A stretch of 64,000 nucleotides of DNA. Origin: a candidate division FCPU426 bacterium (GTDB taxonomy: Bacteria > Oederibacteriota > Muellerivitia > Muellerivitales > Muellerivitaceae). This document shows positions 62,522 to 64,000 of the stretch, piece after piece; position 1 is the first letter of the stretch; each line of letters starts with the position of its first letter. The position numbers were made by a program, and so were the translations under genes. The notes below the pieces were generated by a model. It searched no databases. It saw only the letters and a program-made list of their open reading frames with translations, and was not told the DNA's origin. The stretch lies in NCBI GenBank assembly GCA_963771075.1, contig CAVYSE010000025.1, positions 64,001 to 128,000 of the forward strand, written 5' to 3'.

Positions 62522-62788
62522 TTATTTGCGGAGACCCAAACGATCAAGGAGCGCGGCATAACGCTTCACATCGTTCTTTTTCAGGTAGTCCAGAAGGCGG
62601 CGCCGGTGCCCGACCAACTTGAGCAATCCACGACGGGACGCGTGGTCCTTGGGGTGGGATTTGAAGTGTTCGGTAAGATACTTAATCCGCTCGGTAACGA
62701 GGGCGATTTGAACTTCAGGGGAACCGGTGTCACCCTCCTTCTGTTTAAAGTCCTGAACCAGTTGGGTCTTCTTTTCTTTCGTCATCAT
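62522..62788 (-). CDS. rpsO: 30S ribosomal protein S15
   Basis: [11 protein letters not shown]...HPKDH.SRRGL, LGLRK. Confidence 0.98.
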   Translation of the reverse strand: MMTKEKKTQLVQDFKQKEGDTGSPEVQIALVTERIKYLTEHFKSHPKDHASRRGLLKLVGHRRRLLDYLKKNDVKRYAALLDRLGLRK

Positions 62789-62920
62789 GGTGAGGCTCCT
62801 CAAAGTAAAATTTTCAGGTCGGCTCCCCGTTCACCAAGCGTTCGTCAGAGAGGACGAAAGCCGAGGGAAGGATCGAAGCCTTTTCCTGTTCCGACCCTGG
62901 AAAAGTCGGGACGAACAGGG
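62789..62920 (-). promoter_or_regulatory. Structured rpsO 5' leader (candidate S15 autoregulatory RNA)
   Basis: Hairpin CCTGTTC..CCGAC/GTCGG-AACAGG, then GGCTTC...GGAGCC-closed stem before the RBS. Confidence 0.55.
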
Positions 62921-62925
62921 GGCTC

Positions 62926-62954
62926 ATTCTAGGTGCTTTCCAAAAGGGTGTAAA
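62926..62954 (-). promoter_or_regulatory. Sigma70-type promoter for rpsO-pnp
   Basis: TTTACA-N17-TAGAAT. Confidence 0.65.
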
Positions 62955-63103
62955 GAAGCATCCAGGAAAACCAGAAACGGAAAAGCGCAAGAAATAAGGG
63001 AAATTTGAACTTGAAGGTTCTCCACTCGATGGAGTGCCATGTTCGAAGCCGTTTCGGGAACAATAGAAAAATGGCAAATTGGCTTGTCGGGGCGAGGAAT
63101 CCG

Positions 63104-64000
63104 TTAAAAAGCCACGTTAATTAATTGAAGGTAATGGTTATAACTTTGGGTCAGGTTGTCCACGGCAAAGGCGTATTGGATACCGAGCGGAAGGCCCAAA
63201 CCGCCGCACAAATTGCCATTGGTAAGACCACCCCGGAGCTGCAGGATCCCCAACACGTTATAGTTAAACCCAAAATCCAAATGAGATCCAACCCCCAGAC
63301 CGCTATAAACCGAGGAATTATCAAACAAATCATCCATATCCGCGTTCACAGTCAATTCCCGCGTCACCTTCCAGGATGCACCCACCCGTATGATCATCGG
63401 GGCCGGGTCTATGGTCACCGGGCCTCCGTTCAAATTGAGCGGATCCCCCACATTGGTATTCATAACTCCCGCAGAATGGAAAATATCGGTGGCCGCCACC
63501 CCCAATGAAACTCTCGGATCATCAAAATCATATAGAAGTCCGAGGTCTACGCCCCACCGCAACACGGTCGTTTGAAAATCATCTTTTATATCATTTCCCA
63601 CATCCGAGGACCCATTGGTGTTCTGAGTGATTAAATAATCAGAGGTAACGGAGGTAATCCTCCTATTGACAATCTTGAAATTTATTCCCGCGGATAGGGA
63701 TGAGTCATCCGCCAAGGGACGCGTGCAGTAGGTCGCCATGGCAACGGTATCGGTAAAAACCATGGAAGAAACGGGGGCGATATCGTCGAACAGGGCTTGG
63801 TCCGAGCTATTGGGCGAGACGTTGTTCATCAAATTAGTGATACTTACGGCAAATTGCGGCGCGGTGATCGCTCCGGTATGAAATTGAGTGACGGCGCTTC
63901 CCAAGGCGACTTGCTGTCCCGGGTTTAATAAGGCGTTCAAGAGCGGGGCTGCCTGGTTATAGAGTGAAAAAGCTTGGTTCTCTTCCTCCGTCACGTTATC
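63104..64000 (-). CDS. Partial outer-membrane beta-barrel (TraF-like/porin), 5' end outside window
   Basis: Alternating beta strands, GVDLGLLY, LQLRGG, terminal Phe. Confidence 0.6.
   Translation of the reverse strand, partial: DNVTEEENQAFSLYNQAAPLLNALLNPGQQVALGSAVTQFHTGAITAPQFAVSITNLMNNVSPNSSDQALFDDIAPVSSMVFTDTVAMATYCTRPLADDSSLSAGINFKIVNRRITSVTSDYLITQNTNGSSDVGNDIKDDFQTTVLRWGVDLGLLYDFDDPRVSLGVAATDIFHSAGVMNTNVGDPLNLNGGPVTIDPAPMIIRVGASWKVTRELTVNADMDDLFDNSSVYSGLGVGSHLDFGFNYNVLGILQLRGGLTNGNLCGGLGLPLGIQYAFAVDNLTQSYNHYLQLINVAF

Noticed and set aside
63104..64000. TraF-like barrel as evidence of a conjugative element
   Set aside because: No other tra/T4SS, relaxase or integrase genes; sits next to rpsO; such barrels occur as stand-alone porins

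Overview
Bacterial chromosomal window (GC-rich coding regions, diderm-type gene content), mostly housekeeping genes on the minus strand: polA, parAB, nnr, acpS, a complete F1Fo ATP synthase operon, ispE, pnp, rpsO and tRNA-Gln(TTG). Accessory content includes a metal-uptake operon (DUF2946-like leader, outer-membrane barrel, ZnuA/ZnuB-like, no ATPase), envelope glycosylation/acylation genes, a MarR-EmrAB efflux operon and Thr/Pro-linker secreted proteins. No CRISPR, prophage, transposase or integrase was seen. Several genes, including atpA, carry single-base indels that look like sequencing errors. The best novel candidate is an unannotated ~90-nt sigma54-type small RNA (about 57657-57745, minus). 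It has a GAAA-capped 5' hairpin, an exposed anti-Shine-Dalgarno CACCUCCU and an intrinsic terminator, and lies directly downstream of an unusual Zn-ribbon/TPR sigma54 activator gene, with two TGT-N11-ACA enhancer-like sites between them. Also notable are a CruR-like RAPP-type leader peptide, a ~170-bp tRNA-3'-end-duplicating mini-element and at least three families of short intergenic palindromic elements. All calls come from reading the sequence and recognising motifs; no database searches were run.
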